Source: Candidatus Versatilivoraceae bacterium
GTDB lineage: Bacteria > Acidobacteriota > Terriglobia > Versatilivoradales > Versatilivoraceae
Reading direction: 5' to 3'
Length of the DNA: 64,000 nt
Assembly: GCA_965197895.1 (NCBI GenBank)
Contig: OZ240232.1
Location: 2,494,022 to 2,558,021 of the forward strand
The notes under the pieces are model-generated. The model saw nothing but the letters and a program-made list of their open reading frames with translations. It was not told the DNA's origin and searched no databases. The translations under genes were made by a program, and so were the position numbers. Below are positions 11,005 to 20,542 of this stretch, one piece after another; positions within the stretch are counted from its first letter, which is position 1, and each line of letters begins with the position of its first letter.

Positions 11005-12327
11005 ATGAAGAAGATAGGCTGGGTCAGTCTGGGCTGCGAAAAGAACTTGGTGGACAGCGAGGTGATGCTGGGCCTGCTCAGCCGCAAGGGCTACGAGATA
11101 ACTCCCGAACCCGAGCGGGCAGACGTGATCGTGGTCAATACTTGCGGCTTCATCGACAAAGCCAAGCAGGAAAGCGTGGATACCATCCTGGAGATGGCAG
11201 AGTTCAAAACCAGGGGCCGGTGTTCCCGCCTGGTGGTCACCGGTTGCCTGGTGGAGCGCTACCGGCAGGAGATTCGAAAAGAGATTCCCCAGGTGGATGC
11301 CGTTTTGGGGACGACCCAGTTGGATTCCATCATTGACGTTTGCGAAGAGAGGCCCCAGCCCCAGATTGACAATCCTTATTACCTTTACGATGAGCGAACC
11401 CCTCGTCTGCTGACGACGCCGGGCTACACCGCTTACATCAAAATTGCGGAGGGATGTGATCGCCCCTGTTCTTTCTGTGTCATTCCCCGGATTCGAGGCC
11501 ATCATCGCAGTCGTCCCATAGCTTCCATCCTTAACGAAGCCGGCTTTCTAGCCGCTAGCGGAGTGAGTGAGATCGTCTTGATTTCCCAGGAGACCACCCG
11601 CTACGGCACCGATCTCGGGTTGAAGCACGGGCTGTCCCAGCTTTTAAGGAAGCTGACCAAGGTGGAAGGCATCCGGTGGATTCGCTTCCTTTATGCCTTT
11701 CCCTCTCAGCTCGGCGACGATGTGTTGCACGTCATGGGGGAGGAGGCAAAGGTGTGCCGCTATCTGGACATGCCTCTCCAGCACGCTAACGAAAGGATTC
11801 TGAGGTCAATGAAGCGGGGAGGGAACGTCTCCAGTTTGTGCCGGCTCTTGGACCGGGTTCGAGAACTGGTTCCGGGTGTCACCTTGCGCACTTCCATGAT
11901 CGTTGGCTATCCCGGAGAGACCGAGGAGGAGTTTGCCGAGTTGTGCGGCTTTGTGGAGACGATTCAGTTTGATCGATTGGGAACCTTCACCTATTCGGAC
12001 GAGGAGGAGGCCGCCAGCTACCGGCTGGAAGGCAAGCTGCCCCAACCTCTGGTCGAGAAGCGCAAGAGGCGGTTGATGAGGCTTCAGGCGAAAATATCCA
12101 AGCGGAAGAATCGGGCACTGGTAGGGAAGCGTCAACCCATTCTCGTCGAGGGGGAATCGGTTGAGAGCGACCTCCTATGGCAAGGTCGGCTGGAGTCTCA
12201 GGCGCCCAGAATCGACGGCGTGGTCTTGATCAATGATCTGAAGGGCGATCCCCCCCGTTGCGGAGACTTTCGTAGCGTTGAAATTACCCAAGCCTTGGAC
12301 TATGATCTGGTGGGCCGGTTAGTGTAG
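11005..12327 (+). CDS. rimO: ribosomal protein S12 methylthiotransferase
   Basis: UPF0004 N-domain (VSLGCEKNLVDSE), radical-SAM CxxxCxxC (CDRPCSFCVIP) and a TRAM C-terminus. Confidence 0.9.
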   Translation: MKKIGWVSLGCEKNLVDSEVMLGLLSRKGYEITPEPERADVIVVNTCGFIDKAKQESVDTILEMAEFKTRGRCSRLVVTGCLVERYRQEIRKEIPQVDAVLGTTQLDSIIDVCEERPQPQIDNPYYLYDERTPRLLTTPGYTAYIKIAEGCDRPCSFCVIPRIRGHHRSRPIASILNEAGFLAASGVSEIVLISQETTRYGTDLGLKHGLSQLLRKLTKVEGIRWIRFLYAFPSQLGDDVLHVMGEEAKVCRYLDMPLQHANERILRSMKRGGNVSSLCRLLDRVRELVPGVTLRTSMIVGYPGETEEEFAELCGFVETIQFDRLGTFTYSDEEEAASYRLEGKLPQPLVEKRKRRLMRLQAKISKRKNRALVGKRQPILVEGESVESDLLWQGRLESQAPRIDGVVLINDLKGDPPRCGDFRSVEITQALDYDLVGRLV

Positions 12328-12389
12328 CTCGGGGTGTATCGGAATGGCCAGCCGTCGGTGGCTGCTCCCTGCTGCCTGAGGGGCTCTGC

Positions 12390-12572
12390 ATGTCATTGAA
12401 ATGTCCGATTTGCAAGAGGGCGGTGCGGTGGAAAGGGAATGCTCACCGCCCGTTTTGCAGTGAGCGCTGCCAAAGGATTGATTTGGGGAACTGGGCGACG
12501 GAACACTACACGGTCCCGGTTGAGAATACACCTGAGATCGAGGAAGCCGAAGAAACGCTCACTGAAGAATAG
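12390..12572 (+). CDS. yacG: DNA gyrase inhibitor YacG (zinc finger)
   Basis: CPICKR...PFCSERCQRIDLGNW is the YacG signature. Confidence 0.8.
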   Translation: MSLKCPICKRAVRWKGNAHRPFCSERCQRIDLGNWATEHYTVPVENTPEIEEAEETLTEE

Positions 12573-13091
12573 ATGGGGGCTCCGACGGTCGCTAGACCTT
12601 CAGGCAAAAAGGACCGATTGGCCCTGGTCATTGCCACGGGATTCGGTGTCGGTTATTCTCCGGTGGCGCCGGGCACTGTCGGGTCCTTTGTGGGCATTTT
12701 GCTGATTTTGCTTCTTTCTCGCTGGCAACTCATCGGGGGGCAGCGAGTCTTCGTCAACTGGATAGTGGTGGCGGTCATTAGCGCCGTAGGCATTTGGGCG
12801 GGCTCTCGGGCGGAAACGGTTCTGGGGAAGCGGGATCCACCTCAAGTCGTCATCGATGAGATCGTGGGTCAGCTTTTGACCTTTGGTTTGATTTTTACGA
12901 ATCCTAGATTTATCTTACTTTTTCTCGGCTTTTTATTCTTTCGCTTCTTCGACATCGTGAAGCCCTTCCCGATAAGGTCCCTGGAGAAAGTTCCCCTGGG
13001 TTTCGGAATCGTCCTCGACGATTTGGCCGCTGGATTTTATGCCTCATTGTTATTGGTTCTGATTGATTTTTATTGGCCCTCATTGGCTTGA
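12573..13091 (+). CDS. pgpA: phosphatidylglycerophosphatase A
   Basis: GFGVGYSPVAPGTVGS, DEIVGQ and FRFFDIVKPFPI motifs. The ATG immediately follows the yacG stop. Confidence 0.8.
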   Translation: MGAPTVARPSGKKDRLALVIATGFGVGYSPVAPGTVGSFVGILLILLLSRWQLIGGQRVFVNWIVVAVISAVGIWAGSRAETVLGKRDPPQVVIDEIVGQLLTFGLIFTNPRFILLFLGFLFFRFFDIVKPFPIRSLEKVPLGFGIVLDDLAAGFYASLLLVLIDFYWPSLA

Positions 13092-13135
13092 TCCCAAGCC
13101 ACTTCCGGACTCCAGCCAGCTTATCAACCTGACCT

Positions 13136-14143
13136 ATGATCAAGATCTTGGAATTGTTACCTGCGGCGGTGATACCCGGTGGGGAGATTTTCATTCGCTG
13201 TAGCGGCTTGGAATTGAAGTCCTACTTACGCCCGGACGTCAGGGTACAGCGAGCCTCCAGCCATCTCATTTCGGTTGCCTCCGACCTGATCGTGGCTCAG
13301 GTGCCGGCCGAGGCTTACAGCGGAGAGTTGTGGATTGCCATCGATGGTCAAGAGAGCAACCATGTTTCCTGCGAAGTCGCCAACTTGGTGACGGACAATC
13401 TGCACCCGGTGGCCAATCCAGTGCTGGATTCGGGAGGCAATCTCTATTCCACCATGAGTGGCCGCAAGGGAGAAAAGCTGGCCAACTCCATCTTCAGAGT
13501 GAGCCAGACCGGGATTGTCAAGCCCTTGGGTGCGGAAGTCGTCAACCCCACCGGCCTGGCCCTCAACAGCAGGGACGAACTATTTGTTTCCAGCCGCCAT
13601 GATGGCAACATCTACCGGGTTTCCCCGCAAGGGGAGAAATCAATCTATGCCAAAGGCATGGGCGTAGCGACCGGCATTGTCTTTGATCTCAACGACAATC
13701 TCTACGTCGGCGATCGTAGCGGCACCATTTTCAAGATCGACAAGAAACGCCAGATTTTTGTCTTTGCTACCCTGGAGCCCTGTGTTTCCGCCTATCATCT
13801 CGCTTTCAATCAGTCGGGAAGCCTCTATGTGACGGGTCCGACCGCCTCCACCTGTGACCATGTCTACCGGGTCACCTCCAAGGGTGAGGTCGAGATTTTC
13901 TTTACGGGCTTGGGCAGGCCACAGGGGTTGGCCTTCGATGTTGAAGGGAACCTCTATGTGGCGGCGTCACTGGCCGGCCGGCGAGGCGTCGTGAAGATCA
14001 ACCCCAGGGCCGAGGCCAAGCTCGCCATAGCCGGTTCCAATCTGATTGGCATGGCCTTCGGCTACGGCCAGGACCTGTATCTTGCCACCACCAGCTCCAT
14101 CTATCAGATACACCTGGGAATCTCGGGAAAGCCCCTGCCCTGA
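13136..14143 (+). CDS. IPT/TIG + NHL/SMP-30-like beta-propeller repeat protein
   Basis: Repeated G.LYV.D / P.GLA.D blades, for example NLYVGDRSG, SLYVTGP and NLYVAAS. Confidence 0.5.
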   Translation: MIKILELLPAAVIPGGEIFIRCSGLELKSYLRPDVRVQRASSHLISVASDLIVAQVPAEAYSGELWIAIDGQESNHVSCEVANLVTDNLHPVANPVLDSGGNLYSTMSGRKGEKLANSIFRVSQTGIVKPLGAEVVNPTGLALNSRDELFVSSRHDGNIYRVSPQGEKSIYAKGMGVATGIVFDLNDNLYVGDRSGTIFKIDKKRQIFVFATLEPCVSAYHLAFNQSGSLYVTGPTASTCDHVYRVTSKGEVEIFFTGLGRPQGLAFDVEGNLYVAASLAGRRGVVKINPRAEAKLAIAGSNLIGMAFGYGQDLYLATTSSIYQIHLGISGKPLP

Positions 14144-14146
14144 GTC

Positions 14147-15448
14147 ATGGACGGCTTCATTAATTCCTTTAGACGAGTCATCAACCTTGGGCGGGCCAGG
14201 TCCTCCCCTTCCAGGGTTACCGCCGAGATCATTGCGATTGGTTCGGAGTTGCTGACTCCTCATCGGGTCGACTCCAACTCACTCTATCTGACCCGACACC
14301 TTAACTCCATTGGCATTGAAGTCGAACTCAAGGTGGTTGCGGGCGACCGCGAATCCCGCCTGGAGCAGGTGGTGAGATCAGCGGTGAAGCGATCCTCTCT
14401 GGTAATCGCTACCGGTGGTCTCGGGCCCACCGAAGACGATGTAACCAGGACGGTCGTTGCGCGGGTGCTGCAGCGGCAGATGGTGATGCAGGATGACATT
14501 CTCCACCGCATCCAGGCTCGCTTTCAAAGTAGGGGCCTGGAAATGGCGGCCAACAATGCTCGACAGGCGCTGGTGCCCGTTGGTGCGCGAGTTCTCGAGA
14601 ATCTCTTGGGTACCGCTCCCGGACTCTGGCTTGAAGAAGGGGATACCGTCATTATCCTGCTTCCGGGGGTGCCTTCCGAAATGAAGGCCATTTTCGAGGA
14701 ATCCTGTCTTCCTTTGCTGAGCGAGCGTTCCGGTGGCTCTCGTCTCTTCACCCGCGTCCTGAGGGCCACGGGGATGGCGGAATCTCAACTCGATGAGCGA
14801 ATTGCACCGATCTATACCCAATACAAGAATCCTGTGACCACCATTTTGGCAGGCAAAGGAGAAATCCAGGTTCACCTGACCGGCCGGGCCAAGTCCCAGC
14901 AGGATGCGGAAGCTTTGGTGGAAGAGGTTGCCGACCGGATTGAGTTCGAATTAGGGAACGCCATTTTCTCGAGGGATGATGAGAGCCTGGAACAGATCGT
15001 GGGTTACTATCTTCTCATGAGGCGTATGACTTTGGCCGTTGCCGAGAGTTGTACGGGCGGACTGATTGCCGAGAGAATCACGCGGGTTCCTGGCAGTTCC
15101 AGATATTTTCTTTGTGGTGTCAGTTGCTATAGCAACCAGTCGAAAGTGGAGTTTGCCGGTATTCCACCGGTGCTGTTGGAAATGAATGGAGCCGTTAGTC
15201 CGGAAGTAGCCGGGGGCTTGGCAGAGGGGATCCGTCAGAAGACCGGAGCCAGCATTGGCATCGGAGTGACGGGAGTGGCGGGACCGTCCGGGGGCAGCGC
15301 GGAAAAACCAGTGGGCCTGGTCCACTTGGCCCTTGCCACTGGAAACGGGGTCGAGCATCGGGAGTGTCGATTCGCCGGGGATCGAGAGAAGATCCGGTTC
15401 TGGGCTTCCCAGATGGCTTTGGACATGGTGAGACGAAAGTTACTTTAG
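14147..15448 (+). CDS. cinA: competence/damage-inducible protein CinA (MoCF-binding + nicotinamide-nucleotide amidase domains)
   Basis: AEIIAIGSELL near the N-terminus, plus C-terminal PncC-like AESCTGGLIAERIT and GVTGVAGP motifs. Confidence 0.85.
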   Translation: MDGFINSFRRVINLGRARSSPSRVTAEIIAIGSELLTPHRVDSNSLYLTRHLNSIGIEVELKVVAGDRESRLEQVVRSAVKRSSLVIATGGLGPTEDDVTRTVVARVLQRQMVMQDDILHRIQARFQSRGLEMAANNARQALVPVGARVLENLLGTAPGLWLEEGDTVIILLPGVPSEMKAIFEESCLPLLSERSGGSRLFTRVLRATGMAESQLDERIAPIYTQYKNPVTTILAGKGEIQVHLTGRAKSQQDAEALVEEVADRIEFELGNAIFSRDDESLEQIVGYYLLMRRMTLAVAESCTGGLIAERITRVPGSSRYFLCGVSCYSNQSKVEFAGIPPVLLEMNGAVSPEVAGGLAEGIRQKTGASIGIGVTGVAGPSGGSAEKPVGLVHLALATGNGVEHRECRFAGDREKIRFWASQMALDMVRRKLL

Positions 15449-15456
15449 CCGTAACA

Positions 15457-16455
15457 ATGAAACGACTGGCAATCATTGGGGGAGGCAGTTGGGGCACGGC
15501 CCTTTCCATTGCTCTGGCTCGCTTGGGTCACGAGATTCGGCTCTGGGTCTATGAGTCGGAACTGGTTCCGGCCATTAATGAAGAGCGGCGCAATCCGATC
15601 TACCTCCAACAGTTTTCAATCCCGGCTCAGGTTGTGGCTTCCAACTCCCTGGAGTTCTGTCTGGAGCCGGCCGAAATCATTCTGACGGCTGTCCCGGCCA
15701 ATTGTTGCCGCCCGCTCTACCAGGCCATGTTGCCTCACCTGCTTCCGGACAGGATTTTGGTGAGTGCCACCAAAGGGATCGAGAGCACGACCCTGCAGCG
15801 CATGTCACAGGTGATGGAAGCCGTGATCTCAGCCCGTTTTCGGCCTCGGATCGCTGTGATCTCCGGACCCTCCTTCGCCAGGGAAGTGGCTCGGGGAGAT
15901 CCGACGGCCATCGTGGTGGCAGGACCCGATCGAACCATCAACGAAGTGGTGCAACGCGAGTTCTCCGGTCCCTCACTTCGCCTCTACACCAATAGCGACA
16001 TCATCGGCGTCGAATTGGGGGGGGCGGTAAAGAACGTGATTGCCATCGCGGCCGGGGTTTGTGCCGGATTAGGCTTTGGCTTCAATTCGGTCGCTGCGCT
16101 GGTGGCCCGGGGTCTGGCGGAAATGACCCGCCTGGTCGTCGCTTGCGGCGGGCGGCGCGAGACCATGGCCGGCTTGGCCGGCATGGGGGATCTGGTGTTG
16201 ACGTGTCACGGCCAGCTCAGCCGAAATCGCACCGTGGGGGTCCAGTTGGGACAGGGGCGTAAGCTGATGGATATTACTGCAGGAATGCAGATGGTGGCGG
16301 AAGGAATCCCTACCACCGGGTCGACCTTGAAGCTGGCTCAACGACACGGAGTTGAAATGCCCATTACCGAGCAGATGAATTTGCTGCTTCATCACGACAA
16401 GAATCCTGGTGACGTTATTAGAGACTTGATGGAAAGGAGCCTGAAGGAGGAGTGA
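15457..16455 (+). CDS. gpsA: NAD(P)H-dependent glycerol-3-phosphate dehydrogenase
   Basis: MKRLAIIGGGSWGTALS Rossmann start and GAVKNVIAIAAG motif. Start was moved to the internal Met. Confidence 0.9.
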   Translation: MKRLAIIGGGSWGTALSIALARLGHEIRLWVYESELVPAINEERRNPIYLQQFSIPAQVVASNSLEFCLEPAEIILTAVPANCCRPLYQAMLPHLLPDRILVSATKGIESTTLQRMSQVMEAVISARFRPRIAVISGPSFAREVARGDPTAIVVAGPDRTINEVVQREFSGPSLRLYTNSDIIGVELGGAVKNVIAIAAGVCAGLGFGFNSVAALVARGLAEMTRLVVACGGRRETMAGLAGMGDLVLTCHGQLSRNRTVGVQLGQGRKLMDITAGMQMVAEGIPTTGSTLKLAQRHGVEMPITEQMNLLLHHDKNPGDVIRDLMERSLKEE

Positions 16456-16493
16456 GGCTCATGGGAAGAATGCGGACGGCTGAGCCCGCAGCG

Positions 16494-17072
16494 TCAACTG
16501 CCCGATTCGGCGGAATCAATGAGCTGCAGGAAATCGCGGATGATCCGGGCAGTAAGTCCCCAGACGTCGCGCCCCCGAAAATCGTAATGGTAGACTCGGA
16601 TGTCGCGGTCCAGTCGACGAAGCGTTTCGGTTCTCACAACGCGGGGATCGCGAAAAAGACTCCAGGGAACTTCCAAGATTTCCTCAACTTCTTCCGGGCT
16701 TGGGTTCAACTCCAGTGGAGGAAAGACCCAGCCCACAAAAGGAGTGACGATCAAGTCGGTAGCCGACAGATATTCGTCAAACTGCCCCAGAACGCGTATC
16801 TGGGAATCAGGCAGTCCGATTTCCTCCCGTGTTTCTCTCAGAGCGGTCCGGACCAGGGGTTCCTCCTCCGAGTCCCGCATCCCGCCCGGAAATGAAATCT
16901 GGCCCTTGTGGGTCTCTACCTGTTCGGTGCGCCGGGTCAGCAGGAAGGACAAAGTTTCCTGGCGTTTCCAGATCGGCATCAGAACTGCTGCCCGTCCCGA
17001 ATAGTTGCCGTCAAGGGTGCGTGGGGTCCGGGAAGTCATTTGAGAGGCAATCTGAGAAGCAATCGGTTCCAT
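16494..17072 (-). CDS. Nudix hydrolase (CoA pyrophosphatase-like)
   Basis: Nudix box GGMRDSEEEPLVRTALRETREEIGL. The context LLTRR...H.GQISFPGG is typical of NudL-type CoA pyrophosphatases. Confidence 0.75.
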   Translation of the reverse strand: MEPIASQIASQMTSRTPRTLDGNYSGRAAVLMPIWKRQETLSFLLTRRTEQVETHKGQISFPGGMRDSEEEPLVRTALRETREEIGLPDSQIRVLGQFDEYLSATDLIVTPFVGWVFPPLELNPSPEEVEEILEVPWSLFRDPRVVRTETLRRLDRDIRVYHYDFRGRDVWGLTARIIRDFLQLIDSAESGS

Positions 17073-17284
17073 TGGCTTGAATGGCCTTGCCGGAGAGGCT
17101 CCTGGGAGTCGGTCGGGGCACCCATCTTAATGAATGGCCGGAGGCCGGTCAACTTGAAGGTCTCGAAGACCCGGAGCTGCTTGGCATCCGGTGGTTCGCC
17201 TCGGCCGTTTTGCAGGCTGTAATGGTTCCGTCGGTTGGACCGGTCCAGCGGATAGCAACGACAAGGCACCTATAGGAGCTTCGG

Positions 17285-17716
17285 ATGAGACCGCGTGAAG
17301 CAGTTATTGTGAGCATCCAACTGTGTCCGGGTTCCCGTCGGCCCATGCAACCCGTCAGACAGGCCAGGCTCAATCAGGACTTTGGATTGGAGAACGATTG
17401 CCATGCGCGGGCAGGAAGTCAGCGCCAGGTGCTCCTTATCGACGAGGAGACATTGCAATCGATGAACCTTGAGATTGGTGAAGTTAAGGAAAATCTGACC
17501 ACGCGCGGAATCGCCCTGGGGAATCTGACTAGAGGCCGCGTCCTTCAAATCGGAGTTGAGGTTCGACTACAGATCACCAGGCCCTGCGAGCCTTGCAGTC
17601 GGATGGATGAAATCCGTCCGGGTCTGCGGCGGCGGCTGTCAGGGCGGAGGGGGATGCTGGCACGAGTCCTGTCGGGTGGAGAGATTTCGGTGGGCGACTC
17701 GATCCGGATTGGGTGA
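17285..17716 (+). CDS. MOSC domain-containing protein
   Basis: ENLTTRGI...L and ITRPCEPCSRM (conserved Cys) are typical of the MOSC beta-barrel. Confidence 0.7.
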   Translation: MRPREAVIVSIQLCPGSRRPMQPVRQARLNQDFGLENDCHARAGSQRQVLLIDEETLQSMNLEIGEVKENLTTRGIALGNLTRGRVLQIGVEVRLQITRPCEPCSRMDEIRPGLRRRLSGRRGMLARVLSGGEISVGDSIRIG

Positions 17717-17981
17717 GAGCGCGAGCACTGCGGACTCATCACTCGCCCCTTGAGGGGGAGTCGCAGAAGCCGAGCCGCCAGGCGAAGGCTGATGCGGTGG
17801 GGGGCCGGCAGCATAGGGCCATTGGTTTAAGCCCTCAAGATTGCAGCCCCTCCGAGGAGGGAATGTCACCGGCCACCAGCCGCCGGTCGGCCGCCAGGCG
17901 GTCAGTTCGTTGTCCGCGTCGAGTCCAAGGGCTATGGACGCCGGCCTCTTTTTTCATTACAATCGGGCAGTTTTTTGCCGT

Positions 17982-18071
17982 GGAGAGATGGCCGAGTGGC
18001 TGAAGGCGCACGCTTGGAAAGCGTGTTTAGGGGAAACTCTAACGTGGGTTCGAATCCCACTCTCTCCGCCA
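17982..18071 (+). tRNA. tRNA-Ser (anticodon GGA), class II with long variable arm, encoded CCA
   Basis: Hand-folded. Acceptor GGAGAGA/TCTCTCC, anticodon stem CACGC/GCGTG with loop TTGGAAA, T-arm GTGGG-TTCGAAT-CCCAC, discriminator G, CCA. Confidence 0.9.
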
Positions 18072-18275
18072 GGAATTATATGTAAGTCTTTATATAACAA
18101 CATTTTATATCTAGTCATTTTTGAAACGGTCCTCCAAATAGTCCCCCACCTGTAACACGGTTAGCGCTCCTCATACTCCGTCCGTTTTCTGATTCTCTGC
18201 ATTCTGAGTTCAATTACTGGACTAAAACAAACAACTGCACGATTGCTCGAAATCGGGGTAGTGATCGACCGAGAG

Positions 18276-18500
18276 TTACAGAGTTACAGAACCCCCACTC
18301 AGTCCCTCCCGGAAGGGCTGATAGGGAGTTCCCCTCATCATGTTGATCATCATGTTGAGTCGTTTGTGAGGGCGTTGGGTATTGTGGCGGGGCAAGTAGT
18401 CCTTTGGGTCCCTCCGCATTGCTTCGAAGGTTTCATAGAGCTCTTTGCGCCCCTGGATGCGATGGCCTAGGCTCGGTCGCCGTGTGGAATGTCGATCCAA
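18276..18500 (-). pseudogene. transposase (rve/integrase-core) C-terminal fragment
   Basis: ...YLPRHNTQRPHKRL... resembles the conserved YN..RPH.(A/G)L tail of DDE integrase-core transposases. There is no N-terminal part. Confidence 0.45.
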
Positions 18501-18510
18501 CTAGCAGCAC

Positions 18511-19374
18511 TCATTTCTTCCTGAACATAGATGTTACACTGCGGAGGATATCCCCATCCGGGGAATCTCGAGAACCAACTGCTACCCACGAAGAGATAGA
18601 GTCGCGACGGTAAATTGGATTGCCTCTGTTGTCAACTAGATCAATAGGAGTCATTGCTGGGACCCTCGAGAACAGAAGTATACCCGAGATTTGACGCGAC
18701 AAACTTGACTGAACCTTTGGTGCGATTGTTATCTCTAACCAATCAGATAATTGAGATGCAGCTTCGGTAGGTGATGAGTTTTCAAGAACGGTTCCAGCGG
18801 GTCGACGTAGGACCGAGCAATCAATGGAAATAACCCCATCATGCCCAGACCGAATGATCTGATCTCTTGCCTGCTTTGCCCGCCTTTGCAACTGTCTCTC
18901 AGATTGAGGTCGTTTGCACTCAACAATGATGAGTTTTTCTCTCCACGCAAAGGTGAAATCTGCGTTTGTTGCACATCCATCAAAACGGCATGAATATATC
19001 CCGTCGACATTCACAACGGGGATACCTGCAGCAAGAAATTTTCCTGCTACAAGATAGCAAAATGCATCGTTCCGAGGCCTATTGTTAGATGATTGAGTTT
19101 TTTCACCTTCACGCAAGAAAGGACCTTTTTGGCAAGCTTTTCGGATCTTGCCTTCGAGGCCTGGAAATTCGCGAATGTGCCTTTTCCAGAATCTGAAAAG
19201 CTCAACAATTTCAACACTCTCGTAGTAGGCCAAGATATGTTCTTCAGACAGGCACTTTGCCCTGCCGAATTCCTCAAGACGACTTATGTATTCTGTCGCT
19301 CTTCCCTGCTCAATTTGCCACCAATTACAAGCTTCCTTGAGTGCCTCTAGATGCTCCGAAACTGGTTGTCTCAT
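18511..19374 (-). CDS. hypothetical protein with PD-(D/E)xK nuclease-like motif
   Basis: ...NADFTFAWREKLIIVECKRPQ... fits D-x(n)-E-x-K. The gene is AT-richer than the core. No other recognisable domain. Confidence 0.5.
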   Translation of the reverse strand: MRQPVSEHLEALKEACNWWQIEQGRATEYISRLEEFGRAKCLSEEHILAYYESVEIVELFRFWKRHIREFPGLEGKIRKACQKGPFLREGEKTQSSNNRPRNDAFCYLVAGKFLAAGIPVVNVDGIYSCRFDGCATNADFTFAWREKLIIVECKRPQSERQLQRRAKQARDQIIRSGHDGVISIDCSVLRRPAGTVLENSSPTEAASQLSDWLEITIAPKVQSSLSRQISGILLFSRVPAMTPIDLVDNRGNPIYRRDSISSWVAVGSRDSPDGDILRSVTSMFRKK

Positions 19375-19694
19375 TAACTAAATTCCTTGCCACAGTAGGA
19401 GGAGTCTACAGGATCATATCTTGTCAAGAATTTATCCTTCCGCAGGGCTGAAATTATCTTGGGAGTTATAGGGTATTTACATTAAAGCACCCCGAATTTT
19501 TTAGAGGCAGCTAATGGATCTCGAAACCTTGAAGAAGGTCTGGACTTCTGCCGAGAGAGCCCTGAAGGAGAACAAGGTGGTTCCGGAGTGTACCACCTAC
19601 AAGAAACTAGCCGAGCCATAAGCACCTCTACACTCTGTCTCTACTGCGTTTCGTGCAGTCTTGTGCCGACGCTATTGCTGTTTTTTCAGAAGGC

Positions 19695-19835
19695 TCAGGG
19701 CAGGACCCTGGCGATCGCCAATAGCGGGATTGTTGCAAGTGGCAACTCAGTGAGCTGTCCAACAAGAAACGAAAACCAACCAATGACGACCAGGGCGGTC
19801 GTGTGACCGGCGTACTGCAGCACTTTTTTCACCAT
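19695..19835 (-). CDS. possible 46-aa hydrophobic membrane peptide
   Basis: An AAGGAGG Shine-Dalgarno lies 7 nt upstream of the ATG. The product is MVKKVLQYAGHTTALVVIGWFSFLVGQLTELPLATIPLLAIARVLP. It falls below the ORF-track cutoff and was translated by hand. Confidence 0.3.
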   Translation of the reverse strand: MVKKVLQYAGHTTALVVIGWFSFLVGQLTELPLATIPLLAIARVLP

Positions 19836-20055
19836 AGAGACTCCTCCTTTCAAGCTAATACTAGAATGAAGGCGACCGCCAGGGCTGTCCTGCCCCGCAA
19901 CGCGTCGTGCCCTGAGACCTCTGATTTTCTCCTCTCGGTATGTCGCTATTTCTCACAAGCCGTATTTGCGGCTGGCGACGTTCTAAGTCTTGAGTGTGGT
20001 GTTGACCTCCCCCTGTACCGCCCCTGATGTCTTGGACAGGTAAAACCTACCATAC

Positions 20056-20187
20056 TCAAGCGGCCGGTTCCAAGGCACGGCGTTGCCGCGCCTGAACCGG
20101 AGGCTCGAAGCCAAGACGCTCAATCAACCAGTGCTGGTTGTAGAGAACGCGGAATGCTTCCAGTGCCCGGACTAGTTCCGGTATCGA
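20056..20187 (-). pseudogene. transposase C-terminal fragment (IS481/IS3-like integrase-core tail)
   Basis: Hand translation gives ...PELVRALEAFRVLYNQHWLIERLGFEPPVQARQRRALEPAA*. An in-frame stop lies just upstream. Confidence 0.45.
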
Positions 20188-20542
20188 CTACGGGGTAAGG
20201 CGTTCCAAACATCCGGGCAGGTTTACGGACGCCCACGAGGCTGGTAGGTAGAGGTCTTTGTATTGTTTGTGGTTGACTGTTTAGATGGTCTCGTGATCGA
20301 TCACGATTAATTTCCCATCGCGTCCGACAACGATGTCCGCATCTGCGTAGTCGATCCCCCCAATCGCTTTGGTCAACTCCACGTGCCGTTTGAAATCGTA
20401 CGCGGGCAGCCGGCTAGGCCCATAATCCATATTGGGACCAGCCTCTTTGACCTAAATTCGGGGGAAGGTTAAACGGTCAATGTCAATGCTCTCGGGTGAC
20501 CAAGACTCGTCCCCTCGCGACCCGGAACTGGGCCAACTGGCT

